Source: an uncultured Bacteroidales bacterium
Lineage (GTDB): Bacteria; Bacteroidota; Bacteroidia; Bacteroidales; CAYRRV01
Length of the DNA stretch: 64,000 bases
Assembly: GCA_964426725.1 (NCBI GenBank)
Contig: CAYRRV010000009.1
Location: 15,255-79,254 of the forward strand
Direction of reading: 5' to 3'
Both the position numbers and the translations under genes were made by a program. Shown piece by piece: positions 39,475-48,678 of this stretch. How positions within the stretch are numbered: the first letter of the stretch is position 1; each line of letters opens with the position of its first letter. Below the pieces are notes generated by a model. The model made no database searches. It was given only the letters and a program-made list of their open reading frames with translations, and had not been told where the DNA came from.

Positions 39475-40278
39475 TTAATAAAAGAGTTCAGTGAGCTGCA
39501 CGGCAATGAGATCAATTATAAAAATTGCCATGGATGCAGCTACTACAGCTGAGTTTGCTGCCATTCCCACCTTTTCAGTTCCCCTGCCACTGTAATACCC
39601 CTTGTAGGTTCCAATAATACCGATCGCGAATCCAAAAAAGAATGTTTTAATCGTGGATGGAATAATATCTATATATCCCAATGATTCTATAGACTGGTTA
39701 ATAAAGAGAGTAATTGCTACCTTTCCATGAAGATTAATCCCAATAAACGAACCAATCATGGCTATGGAATCGGCATAAATTACCAGAATGGGTACCATCA
39801 GGGTTGTCGCGAGTACCCGGGTTACAACCAGGTAGCGCATGGGATTGGTTCCTGAGACTTCCATGGCATCTATTTGCTCTGTAACGCGCATGGATCCAAG
39901 TTCTGCACCGAAGCCGGAACCAACTTTCCCGGCTATAATCAAAGCCGTGATAACGGGTCCCATTTCACGGATAATAGATACGGCTACCAGGCCCGGCACC
40001 CATGCTTCCGCGCCAAATTCAGCCAGCATGGGCCGGGTTTGAATCGTTAACACCAGACCAAGAATGAATCCGGTGATACTTACCAATAGCAAGGATTTGT
40101 TGCCCACGCGGTAACACTGCCTGAAAAACTCCAGTACACCGTAGCTATTTAACCTGAGATTGGTAAAGAAGGAACCGCTGAAATAGGTTATTTCTCCAAG
40201 GAAATAAACAAATTCATTGAAGTTTTCAGGGAAATAGTCCGATAAGGAAGAAAAATTTGGCTTCTTCAATTTTTTCAT
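39475..40278 (-). CDS. mlaE: MlaE family ABC permease
   Basis: REMGPVITAL, AELGSMRVTEQIDAMEVSG. Confidence 0.9.
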   Translation of the reverse strand: MKKLKKPNFSSLSDYFPENFNEFVYFLGEITYFSGSFFTNLRLNSYGVLEFFRQCYRVGNKSLLLVSITGFILGLVLTIQTRPMLAEFGAEAWVPGLVAVSIIREMGPVITALIIAGKVGSGFGAELGSMRVTEQIDAMEVSGTNPMRYLVVTRVLATTLMVPILVIYADSIAMIGSFIGINLHGKVAITLFINQSIESLGYIDIIPSTIKTFFFGFAIGIIGTYKGYYSGRGTEKVGMAANSAVVAASMAIFIIDLIAVQLTELFY

Positions 40279-40313
40279 GTTTTACAAGTAACAAAAATCA
40301 CCAGGCTATTGTT

Positions 40314-40853
40314 TTAATCGTTAGCCCTGGCCAGTTTAGCAGAGGATATTACCGCGGTGATGCCATAAATAATGGCGAGGATACCAAGGATTGCCGTAAG
40401 GGCCATGCCTCCTTCAAAAGGGTTGAACAGGACAACAATACCAAATATTATCAGCATAAAAGCACTTATCCTGTATAACCAAATATTTTTAACAAGACCT
40501 TTTAATCCCCTGCTTGAAGCAAGTTGCAGTATTCCGGTTAGAATTGCCCATATAGCGATTATAATTAGGAATACATTGACAAATCCTCTCGGGTATGCAA
40601 CCAGTAAAACTCCTATGATAATATCCAGTATTCCCTCGAAAATCCAAAAATCAGAAAACCGGTTTCTTCTTCTGTATATTAAAGCCATCAAGCTTACTAT
40701 AATGCCGGCGATTATCGCGAAAATTCCAAAATAGGTAACCAGGGTTACCAGTGTTACATCAGGATAAAGCAAGGCGGCTATTCCAAAAATAAGGGCAAGC
40801 AACCCTTTCAGACCTTCAATCCACCAGTTTCCATACATCTTTTTCATATTCAT
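40314..40853 (-). CDS. HdeD/DUF308 family membrane protein
   Basis: WW...KG..ALIFGI...P, six TM, NPFEG. Confidence 0.82.
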   Translation of the reverse strand: MNMKKMYGNWWIEGLKGLLALIFGIAALLYPDVTLVTLVTYFGIFAIIAGIIVSLMALIYRRRNRFSDFWIFEGILDIIIGVLLVAYPRGFVNVFLIIIAIWAILTGILQLASSRGLKGLVKNIWLYRISAFMLIIFGIVVLFNPFEGGMALTAILGILAIIYGITAVISSAKLARAND

Positions 40854-40870
40854 GCTATTTTAATTTATTT

Positions 40871-40946
40871 AAAATGTCACTTGTTCTGTCGCGTTGCTCA
40901 AAATGAACCGACATATTATCTTCAATATTAAATGTGACGCGTCACT
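40871..40946 (-). repeat. Dispersed intergenic element, copy C (diverged)
   Basis: Minus strand AGTGACGCGTCACATTTAATATTGAAG...; matches the first ~27 nt of the copies at 45860 and 54080. Confidence 0.55.
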
Positions 40947-41185
40947 ACCTGTTAATAAGAGAGGAATAATAATCTTTTCGGTTTCATAATCAATCAGTTT
41001 TTAGTATAGAAGTATTTAACATTTGTTGTAATTAGATGCCCATATTCTTTAGATCAAAAGATTATGCCAAGTCACTTTTTAATACTTTTTTCCGGTAGAG
41101 GAAGAACTGGAAAGAATAAACATATTAATACATTTGTAAGAAAATAGCATCTGTTCCTACTTTCTGCATCAATATTTCAGGAATC

Positions 41186-41201
41186 GTGGAAAAATATCCA
41201 C
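41186..41201. promoter_or_regulatory. Candidate enhancer GTGGA-N6-TCCAC upstream of hdeD-mlaEFD
   Basis: GTGGAAAAATATCCAC; a TTGGCAT -24-like box with off-by-one -12 lies near 41054-41070. Confidence 0.45.
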
Positions 41202-41208
41202 AAGATGA

Positions 41209-42570
41209 TTAATCCAGGTTAATGTTAAATTGTTTAATTTTATTATAGAGGGTTTTTCTATCGATATTTAATAACTTAGCAGCTTTGGTTTTATTAAAGT
41301 TCGCGTCTGATAAAGCATTCATTATGATTCTTTTTTCTGCTTCAACCGAGGCCTGTTTCAGATCAAGAGATGTTACCTGTTCCTGATGGTATACAGGTTC
41401 TGGTGTAATATCGGCGAGGTAGGGGTTATTCTTGATTTCACCCGGTAGCGCGTTGATAGTCACGTACTCCCCCGGTGACAGTAGCACGCTTCTTTTCACC
41501 ACGTTGTTTAATTCCCTGAGGTTCCCGTGCCATGGATAATTGGTAAAAGCCCGAATTACCTGTTCATCAAATCCTTTGACATTCCGTTTCAGTGCTTTGT
41601 TGGCTTGTTTAAGAAAATGTTCAGCGAAAACCGGTATGTCCTCTGGTCTTTCTCTCAAGGATGGCAGATAAACTTTAAACTCGTTGATACGATGGAAAAG
41701 GTCTTCCCTGAAGTTTTTTTCTTCTACTTCCTTAGTTAGATCCTCGTTAGTAGCTGCAATTATTCTCACGTCTACTTTTTTAGGTTTTGTATCACCAAGT
41801 TTTGTTACTACTTTTTCCTGGAATACTCGTAATAACTTGGTTTGAACAGCATGTGTGAGGTTGCCTATTTCATCAAGGAATAATGTGCCACCGTTTGCCT
41901 GCTCGAAAACACCCACCTTGTCATTTATAGCGCCTGTAAATGAGCCTTTTATGTGACCGAATAATTCACTGTTGGCTAAATCTTTTGGAATGGCGCCACA
42001 ATCCACGGCCACGAATTTCTTATTTTTCCGCTGGCTGTTTAAATGTATATACCTTGCAATAAACTCTTTACCCGATCCTGTTTCTCCCTGGATGAGTACC
42101 GTCATGTTTGTGGCTGCTACAAGGTTAGACAAGTTCATGATTTCCTGCATTTTCGGACTATCACCCAGGATAAACTCTTCTTCAAAAAATACATTAGCCC
42201 TTGTTTGATCATCAGATTTGAGAATTCTGTCAATTAACTCGAGGATCTCTTCCTGGTATATGGGCTTGGTAACGTAATCCTGTGCACCCAATTTCATGAG
42301 TTTAACAGCCATTCTCACGTCAGCATAGGCAGTAATAATAATAACAGGTAAGGAGGGATTTATTTTCTTGATTTCCCTGAGCATTTCCAATCCATCTGCA
42401 TCTGGCAATCGAAAATCACATAATACCAGATCATATTTTCTTTTTTTTAGTTCTTTTAGCCCGTTTATACCTGAATAAACTGCTTTTGCATTGTATTTAT
42501 TATGGTTCAGGTATTCTTCAAGTAGATTAGAAATATAAGTATCATCATCGATGATTAAAACTTTACTCAT
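41209..42570 (-). CDS. Sigma-54-dependent response regulator (REC-AAA+-HTH, NtrC/AtoC family)
   Basis: IIDDD..CDFRLP, GETGSGKE, SELFGH.KGSFTGA, FLDEIG, WHGNLREL, KAAKLLNIDRKTLYNK. Confidence 0.95.
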   Translation of the reverse strand: MSKVLIIDDDTYISNLLEEYLNHNKYNAKAVYSGINGLKELKKRKYDLVLCDFRLPDADGLEMLREIKKINPSLPVIIITAYADVRMAVKLMKLGAQDYVTKPIYQEEILELIDRILKSDDQTRANVFFEEEFILGDSPKMQEIMNLSNLVAATNMTVLIQGETGSGKEFIARYIHLNSQRKNKKFVAVDCGAIPKDLANSELFGHIKGSFTGAINDKVGVFEQANGGTLFLDEIGNLTHAVQTKLLRVFQEKVVTKLGDTKPKKVDVRIIAATNEDLTKEVEEKNFREDLFHRINEFKVYLPSLRERPEDIPVFAEHFLKQANKALKRNVKGFDEQVIRAFTNYPWHGNLRELNNVVKRSVLLSPGEYVTINALPGEIKNNPYLADITPEPVYHQEQVTSLDLKQASVEAEKRIIMNALSDANFNKTKAAKLLNIDRKTLYNKIKQFNINLD

Positions 42571-42618
42571 AGTTGTCTTTTTAGTTTAGCGATCTTTTGC
42601 CTGTTAAATGTAAATATA

Positions 42619-45456
42619 TTAAATTTTTACTTCTTTTTCCAGTTCATTAATCAACAGCTTGTTGAATTCCATGAATTGAATGATAATTTCCCTGGCCTTG
42701 TCTTCATCGGGTACTGTTTCTCTCATGTTTTCTATAAGGGTGAGGAGTTCGATTCCTCGTGAAACCTTCAGGTGTTTATAGGAGGGCAATATTTTATGAG
42801 CAGCCTCACCTGCTTTTTTGTAACTGCCACCATTAAGAGAATCTAATATTGTTTTTTCGGCTTTTCTCGAATTATCGATAAACATTTTAAGCATTTTATT
42901 GAAAAAATTATTATTGATACCACTTGTTTTTTTCAAATCCTGCAGATCATAAATCGTACCTTTGTTAGGTACCCTTTCTTGTTCGCGGACATTTATAAGT
43001 TCATTTTCAATTTTTAAATTTTTGCAAATAACCTGGGCAAGGTCCTTTTCCATGTATGGTTTCACCACGTAATCATTCATTCCGGCGCGAAGAAACTCCT
43101 GTAAATCTTTGCGGAGTATATTAGCGGTTACAGCAATCACTGGTGTTTTGTTGTTTGGATTTTCTTTATTTTGACGTATTTCGAGGGTTACATCGGTTCC
43201 GCTTTTTTTGGGCATGTGAATATCCATTAAAACAAGGTCAAATATCTTTTTATTGAGAATTTCAAGAGCTTGTTCACCATCGTTGGCTGTTTTTACGTTA
43301 ACATTCCAGTTTAAAAGAATCGTTTCACCCAGGAAGCGATTTACCTCATCATCATCTACCAGAAGTATTTTTTTGCCTTCCAGTTGATTTAGCGCGACGG
43401 GGGAAATATTATTCGATCGAGATAATGTTTTTTTACTGCCTTGTTCGAGAGGTAAGGTCACGGTAAAAACCGAACCTTTGTTTGGTTTACTGGTAACCGT
43501 AAGTTCCCCGTTAAGTAAATCAATAATTTTCTTGCTGATGGTAAGGCCTAACCCGGAACCCCCGTGTTGGCGGGTAATTGAGGTGTCTCCCTGGGAAAAT
43601 TCATCAAAAATATTCTTGATTTTATTTTTTTGGATACCAATGCCGGAATCCTCGATTGTAAAGGTAATTTCTGTTATCCGGTTATTGACTGGTAAGGCAC
43701 TCATTCCAAATTTAACATATCCTCCCGGGGTGAATTTTATGGCATTACCGATCAGGTTAAGAAGCACTTGTTTGATCCTGTATTTATCGGATATCAAAGT
43801 TATGTCAATGTTATCGGGAATTGAAAGAATGAATTCAAGGTTTTTTTCCCGGGCTTTTATATTAATAGAATTATAAACTTCACCGATAAGTTCCTGCAGG
43901 TTAAATTCTTCTTTTTCGATAATAAACTTGTTCACACCTAATTTTGTGAGGGTAAGAACATCATTCACGATGGAGAGGAGTTGCTCACTTGAGCTATGTA
44001 CTAATTTGTTATATTTTTCTTGGGTTTCCGTGAGAGGTGTTTTTGCTAATTGTTCAGTAAACCCGATAATGGCAGTGAGCGGGGTACGGATCTCGTGACT
44101 CATGTTAGCAAGAAACATACTTTTAGCTTTACTGGCCTCCTCTGCCTCTTCTTTTGCCTTGTTTAATAACTCTTCTTTTTTCTTGTCATCGGTTATATTC
44201 ATGATGATTGCCAATCCAGCGTATACTCTTCCATTATCATCATAAACAGGGACGGTTTCAATATAATAAAAATTATCATTGTATTCGAATTCCTTTTGAG
44301 AATGAATACCGGTAAGGGCATTCAAGTACAAAGGTTTGATAAAGGGTTGTAGCTTTTTATCTACAGTATCGTAAAATGACTTTCCCTCGAAGTAATCTTT
44401 TGATTGTCCCTGTTTATGCATTTCTTTTCCTTCGGCAATCAGAAAAGTCAGGTTTGTATCAAACAGGAACAAGTCGAGCCCGGGCATGTTCCTTACCAGG
44501 GTACGATAAAGGTGTTCGCTGCGTTTGAGTCTTTCCTGGGATCTAAGCTGGTCGGTAATATCATCGGAGATTAGTATAATGGACTTTTCCCCGATATAAT
44601 TCGTGTTGACATTGCTGGTACAACTAAATATTCTATATTCACCTTTCTTTTGTTTAAACTTCCAGTTTTTTAAGGATGAGGATTCATTTTTATAAATATA
44701 CTCGAGTTCTGATAAAAGATCCGGTGTTTCGTCCGGGTGAGATATTTCACTTATTTTTTTTCCTCTAAGATCATGAGGGGAATATCCCAGGAGGTTATTG
44801 TATGCAGCATTGATATACTTGAACCGCAAGTTGTAATCAAGTTCGCAAATTAGAGAGTTCGCGTTTTCTGTTATCAAACGAAATCTTTCTTCATTATCGC
44901 GCAAGTTGCTTTCAATGTTAACCCTGTCTGTAATATCAATTAAAGCAGATCTTATGGAACGTTTACCATCCACCAACCGCATGGTGGTTTCCATGTGTAC
45001 GAAAAATACCTGGCCGGCAGCGTTAATCATTTTTAATTCACACACCTGCTTTTCTCCGGTTCTGAATAAGTTGCGGGTGTGAAAGTGAAATATGTCCTGG
45101 AAATCAGGATCAATATAACTGTTGAATCTTTGATTAATCAGCAGGTTTTTTGGTGCTCCCAGCATTTCGGTCCCTAAAAGATTGACATCATCAATGATGT
45201 TTTCATCATTATAGGAGAAATAGCCAACAGGCGCCAGGTCAAATAGCTCAAAATATTTGTTTTTGCTGTTAAATAAATCATCTTTTGCATTATTCAGTTC
45301 TTCGTTCTGATTTCCAAGTTCAATCTGATGTATCTGCAACTCTTCAAGCAATTTATCAATGTCGACATCCTTGAGCTTGTCTAAAACATCCCTGTTTTTT
45401 AAAATCTTTTTTGCTTTTTCTCTCAGTTGGTTGTAAACACTTTTGGGGTTTGTCAT
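42619..45456 (-). CDS. Soluble hybrid histidine kinase (coiled coil-3x PAS-HisKA-HATPase-REC-Hpt)
   Basis: LEELQIHQIEL..QNEEL, FLANMSHEIRTPL, NLIGNAIKFT, GGSGLGL, MDIHMP, AAHKILPS. Confidence 0.93.
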   Translation of the reverse strand: MTNPKSVYNQLREKAKKILKNRDVLDKLKDVDIDKLLEELQIHQIELGNQNEELNNAKDDLFNSKNKYFELFDLAPVGYFSYNDENIIDDVNLLGTEMLGAPKNLLINQRFNSYIDPDFQDIFHFHTRNLFRTGEKQVCELKMINAAGQVFFVHMETTMRLVDGKRSIRSALIDITDRVNIESNLRDNEERFRLITENANSLICELDYNLRFKYINAAYNNLLGYSPHDLRGKKISEISHPDETPDLLSELEYIYKNESSSLKNWKFKQKKGEYRIFSCTSNVNTNYIGEKSIILISDDITDQLRSQERLKRSEHLYRTLVRNMPGLDLFLFDTNLTFLIAEGKEMHKQGQSKDYFEGKSFYDTVDKKLQPFIKPLYLNALTGIHSQKEFEYNDNFYYIETVPVYDDNGRVYAGLAIIMNITDDKKKEELLNKAKEEAEEASKAKSMFLANMSHEIRTPLTAIIGFTEQLAKTPLTETQEKYNKLVHSSSEQLLSIVNDVLTLTKLGVNKFIIEKEEFNLQELIGEVYNSINIKAREKNLEFILSIPDNIDITLISDKYRIKQVLLNLIGNAIKFTPGGYVKFGMSALPVNNRITEITFTIEDSGIGIQKNKIKNIFDEFSQGDTSITRQHGGSGLGLTISKKIIDLLNGELTVTSKPNKGSVFTVTLPLEQGSKKTLSRSNNISPVALNQLEGKKILLVDDDEVNRFLGETILLNWNVNVKTANDGEQALEILNKKIFDLVLMDIHMPKKSGTDVTLEIRQNKENPNNKTPVIAVTANILRKDLQEFLRAGMNDYVVKPYMEKDLAQVICKNLKIENELINVREQERVPNKGTIYDLQDLKKTSGINNNFFNKMLKMFIDNSRKAEKTILDSLNGGSYKKAGEAAHKILPSYKHLKVSRGIELLTLIENMRETVPDEDKAREIIIQFMEFNKLLINELEKEVKI

Positions 45457-45485
45457 TATTCTATGTGGATTATTAAATTATTATA

Positions 45486-45668
45486 TCACCTAAGTTGAGC
45501 GGTACGAACGAATTGAAATAACGCTTTACTTACCCTTACCGCGACATGGAAAATGTAGTATCTCACCGAATGAGTGAGGGGAATGCTTACATTTTCTTCG
45601 TTGATTGAGCCTAATCGCTCAATTAGGGTATTAATTAATGCATTTGTACCTGTATTTTCATTAGCCAT
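45486..45668 (-). CDS. Possible 60-aa protein upstream of the kinase
   Basis: ATG-started ORF between a sigma-54-like box and the kinase; no recognisable motif. Confidence 0.25.
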   Translation of the reverse strand: MANENTGTNALINTLIERLGSINEENVSIPLTHSVRYYIFHVAVRVSKALFQFVRTAQLR

Positions 45669-45786
45669 ATCCCCATCAGGCGATTATTATAATATTATCT
45701 GGAATATCAATTATTTCAAGTTTTTTATAACATGTAGTTAACTCAATCTCAGTTTTTGTTTTATTGATACCCCTTGTTGGAATCTT

Positions 45787-45802
45787 TACAATTGCCGTGC
45801 CT
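45787..45802 (-). promoter_or_regulatory. Sigma-54-like box facing the kinase/regulator operon
   Basis: AGGCACGGCAATTGTA on the minus strand: GGCACG-N4-TTG. Confidence 0.55.
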
Positions 45803-45831
45803 AAATTCTGAAAGATAATTCAATTTTATTT

Positions 45832-45847
45832 TGGCATATTTTTTTCA
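45832..45847 (+). promoter_or_regulatory. Divergent sigma-54-like box
   Basis: TGGCATATTTTTTTCA; good -24, degenerate -12. Confidence 0.4.
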
Positions 45848-45859
45848 CATCAAGAGACA

Positions 45860-45947
45860 AGTGATGCGTCACACTTGATATTGCAGAAAAGATGTTCTTT
45901 ATTTTCGTGGCACAGATCAACCGACATTTTTTCATTGACAGGATACT
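45860..45947 (+). repeat. Dispersed intergenic element, copy A (MITE-like or ncRNA)
   Basis: AGTGATGCGTCACACTTGATATTGCAG...GTGGCACAGATCAACCGACATT..TTCATTGACAGGATACT; aligns along its length with 54080..54173. Confidence 0.75.
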
Positions 45948-45981
45948 AGCAGGAAAAATAATAATTAAAAATCAATTTATT

Positions 45982-46359
45982 ATGACTTTAGTAGGAGTTT
46001 TATTTGCCATTGTAATTGCTCTTCTCGTGGGGGCTTTATTTTATTATGTTTTCAGAACCGCCGGCCCGTGGGGAAGTTTTTGGACTATCTTATTGATACT
46101 GTTATTGGCAGGACTTGCAGCGGCTATATGGGTTGAACCAACAGGGCCCCAGATGTATGATGTCGCCTGGATTCCCATTTTATTTGTTATTCTCTTGTTT
46201 GCTATTCTTCTGGCAGCGGCTACACCTGCCAGATCGACCCGTAATCTGCCACCCGAGACGGAAGCCGAGTTGCAGTCGGACGTGGCGGCAATAGGTGGTT
46301 TTTTCTGGTTGTTGTTGATAGTTCTAGCAATTGCCGTGATTATTGGAATAGTTGTATAG
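45982..46359 (+). CDS. Uncharacterised 4-TM membrane protein; paralog of 32935..33327
   Basis: Start moved to ATG 45982 (MTLVGVLF), matching the paralog's MTL start; GPWG and WVEPTGP motifs. Confidence 0.7.
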   Translation: MTLVGVLFAIVIALLVGALFYYVFRTAGPWGSFWTILLILLLAGLAAAIWVEPTGPQMYDVAWIPILFVILLFAILLAAATPARSTRNLPPETEAELQSDVAAIGGFFWLLLIVLAIAVIIGIVV

Positions 46360-46374
46360 TTGCATGAAAAAAAA

Positions 46375-46390
46375 AGGAACAGATTTTGAT
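46375..46390 (+). promoter_or_regulatory. Sigma-54-like box with no downstream CDS on this strand
   Basis: AGGAACAGATTTTGAT, canonical spacing. Confidence 0.4.
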
Positions 46391-46400
46391 ATTATAGTCT

Positions 46401-46533
46401 ACACGTTCTTAAATAAGATGCTTGCTTTTTTGTAAGCAAGGCACAAAAAAATCTTTTGTTACCCCAAGGGCTGTCTGATTTACCACCTCACATCCTTCCC
46501 CAATCCCCTGATCTGAAGACAGCCCTTTTTTTT
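46401..46533 (+). ncRNA. Candidate small RNA (two hairpins, C-rich loop, U-tail)
   Basis: CTTGCTT..AAGCAAG hairpin, then AAGGGCTGTCT..(40-nt C-rich loop)..AGACAGCCCTT plus T-run; sits between convergent genes behind a sigma-54-like box. Confidence 0.4.
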
Positions 46534-46648
46534 ATTTTTAATTTCCTAATTTTTTTTTGATAAATATTCTTTCCCCCTGGTCAGCAGGAAAACATGTTGA
46601 AAAAATGTGGAATTGAGGAAAAAGCGGGGAATTTCTGCCCTTGTTTTA

Positions 46649-47347
46649 TTAATTTACAGAACCATACATTTTAAAAACACGTGTTTTGAGATTTTTTGAA
46701 TTTTCTTTCAGGAGATATAGGATTAATTCTCCGATCTCTTCCGGCTGTATCCATTTTGAGTGATCTTCACCGGGCATTGATTGAATATTACCCGGGGTTG
46801 CAATTGTATCCGGGGCTATTACTGCAATTTTAACATGAGTGCCTTTCAGTTCTTCCTGCAGGATATCGGCCAGGTTCAGGATCATTTTTTTGGCGAGAGT
46901 GTAGGCAAATATTCCCTTTCCTTTATTTTCAACCGCGGGCATTGAAGAAATTAATACAAGCAATCCTTCATTTCTTTTTTTGAATTCGGGAATCAGGTAT
47001 TTCGACATGAAAAATGCAGATTTAAAATTCAGGTTGATGAGATAATCAATCTGTTCACCAGTAGTGTGGGAAAAATCGCCCTCCTTAAACCCGCCAACCA
47101 GTAAAAGACCTGCCCTGATATTTTTTTCCTGTTTCATGTATTTTGCCACCTCTTTATCGTTTAAAACATCAAGAAAGCTCTTTGTGAAATTCTTCGATTT
47201 TTCCAGGTCATCAGGAAATAAATCTTTTTTATTTTTATGGATGGGATTTACAATGGCTTTTACATTGTGTTTTTGTTTTACCAAAAGTGATGTGACAGTT
47301 TTTCCCAGGCCACCCGATGCTCCCGTGATAATAATTGTTGAATCCAT
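46649..47347 (-). CDS. SDR family oxidoreductase
   Basis: ITGASGGLG, ISS, YTLAK (YxxxK), PDTIATPGN. Confidence 0.88.
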   Translation of the reverse strand: MDSTIIITGASGGLGKTVTSLLVKQKHNVKAIVNPIHKNKKDLFPDDLEKSKNFTKSFLDVLNDKEVAKYMKQEKNIRAGLLLVGGFKEGDFSHTTGEQIDYLINLNFKSAFFMSKYLIPEFKKRNEGLLVLISSMPAVENKGKGIFAYTLAKKMILNLADILQEELKGTHVKIAVIAPDTIATPGNIQSMPGEDHSKWIQPEEIGELILYLLKENSKNLKTRVFKMYGSVN

Positions 47348-47426
47348 CTTTTTCGTTGTTTAACACGGTTAAGTTAATAAATGTTGAACAGTTAAACAAT
47401 AACTGATTTATCTCGGGTTCATTTCT

Positions 47427-47906
47427 TTAAACCACGGGAGTTATACAAATTTTTTTCAGAGCGTACATGGTAATATAGTAAGAAGCGAATGCCATGGGAA
47501 TACCGATGATAAAGCCGCCTAAAGTAAGTGCAAGTAAAATGTGCGGACCACTGGATACCAGATCCATAATAAAAGAAAGATTCATTCCTGTAATATCAAT
47601 TTTATCGGTGAGTCCCATCACCCGTGCACCAATAATATAAGCACCGGCGAACATGAAGGGGCCGGTAAAAAAATTGGTATTGAATACGCCTATTCCTGCC
47701 GCGATTTTATTCAGTTTAAAAAATGAAGCCAATACCAGGGCCAGAATAAACTGCAATCCAATTAGCGGCGTCATGCTAATAAATATACCCAGTGCGAAAC
47801 CCCCGGCTTTTGTTTCTGGCGATCCTTTGACTGTAACTAGTTTCTTCCATGTACTTTTAACTGGAACAAGCTGCTCCAAGCATTTAACTATCCTATCCCT
47901 CTTCAT
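47427..47906 (-). CDS. DUF2062-domain membrane protein
   Basis: SPETKAGGFALGIFISMTPLIGLQ, TNFFTGP. Confidence 0.8.
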   Translation of the reverse strand: MKRDRIVKCLEQLVPVKSTWKKLVTVKGSPETKAGGFALGIFISMTPLIGLQFILALVLASFFKLNKIAAGIGVFNTNFFTGPFMFAGAYIIGARVMGLTDKIDITGMNLSFIMDLVSSGPHILLALTLGGFIIGIPMAFASYYITMYALKKICITPVV

Positions 47907-48109
47907 CGTTCTCCTGTTTTCTCGTACATAATGTTTATATTAACGTGTAAAGTTAATCCAGTAGTATCTGTATTTTGTCATCATGCCGGTGATTTATATC
48001 ACCCTGGTTTGATGTGATTCAACAGCATATAACATATTGACTATTAACGATAAATAGAGGGGAAGGGTTTCTTTATTTTGATAAAAGAAACGAAAGGATT
48101 GATAAAAGG

Positions 48110-48157
48110 AAAAAGTATTGTTGTCCAAAAAGAAACAGGGCTTCTTGGACAACAATA
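48110..48157 (-). terminator. Rho-independent terminator after the thioredoxin genes
   Basis: TATTGTTGTCCAA...TTGGACAACAATA inverted repeat with a T-run on the minus strand. Confidence 0.7.
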
Positions 48158-48162
48158 TTTAT

Positions 48163-48678
48163 TTATTCGAGTAGTAATTGATTGATTTGCTCCCTGAACA
48201 TTTCCTTCGTGGCCTCGGGTGTTTTGGCTATTCCGGAGTGCATGGATGGTTTTCCTTCCATCGGGCAATACAGGAAAGAAGGAATAGATTGAATACCGAA
48301 CATCGCGGCTAATTCTCTTTGCTTTTCTGTGTCCACTTTATACACATTAATTTTGCCAGCATATTCAACAGCAATTTCTTCGAGGATGGGCGATGTGATC
48401 CGGCAAGGCGCGCACCAGTCAGCATAAAAATCAATGACACAAGGTTTATCTCCTTTAAATACCCATTCATTTGGATTTGATTCATAATCCATTATTTCCT
48501 CGATAAACATTTCTTTGGTTAACTGAATGGTTCCTTTTACCGGTTTTTCATTATTCGGGGTTACTGATTCGCTTTTTTTCTCTTTACCAGTTTTCCCATT
48601 ATCTGCAGATGTATTGCACCCGACAAATATGGTAAGAAAAACCATTGCTAGCGTGAAAAAATTTTTTCTCATAATCAT
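48163..48678 (-). CDS. Lipoprotein thioredoxin
   Basis: Lipobox FVGC; DFYADWCAPC; GIQSIP. Confidence 0.9.
   Translation of the reverse strand: MIMRKNFFTLAMVFLTIFVGCNTSADNGKTGKEKKSESVTPNNEKPVKGTIQLTKEMFIEEIMDYESNPNEWVFKGDKPCVIDFYADWCAPCRITSPILEEIAVEYAGKINVYKVDTEKQRELAAMFGIQSIPSFLYCPMEGKPSMHSGIAKTPEATKEMFREQINQLLLE

Noticed and set aside
45892-45981. 30-aa N-terminal extension of the 45892..46359 ORF
   Set aside because: It runs through the dispersed repeat, and the paralog starts at MTL, so 45982 is preferred.
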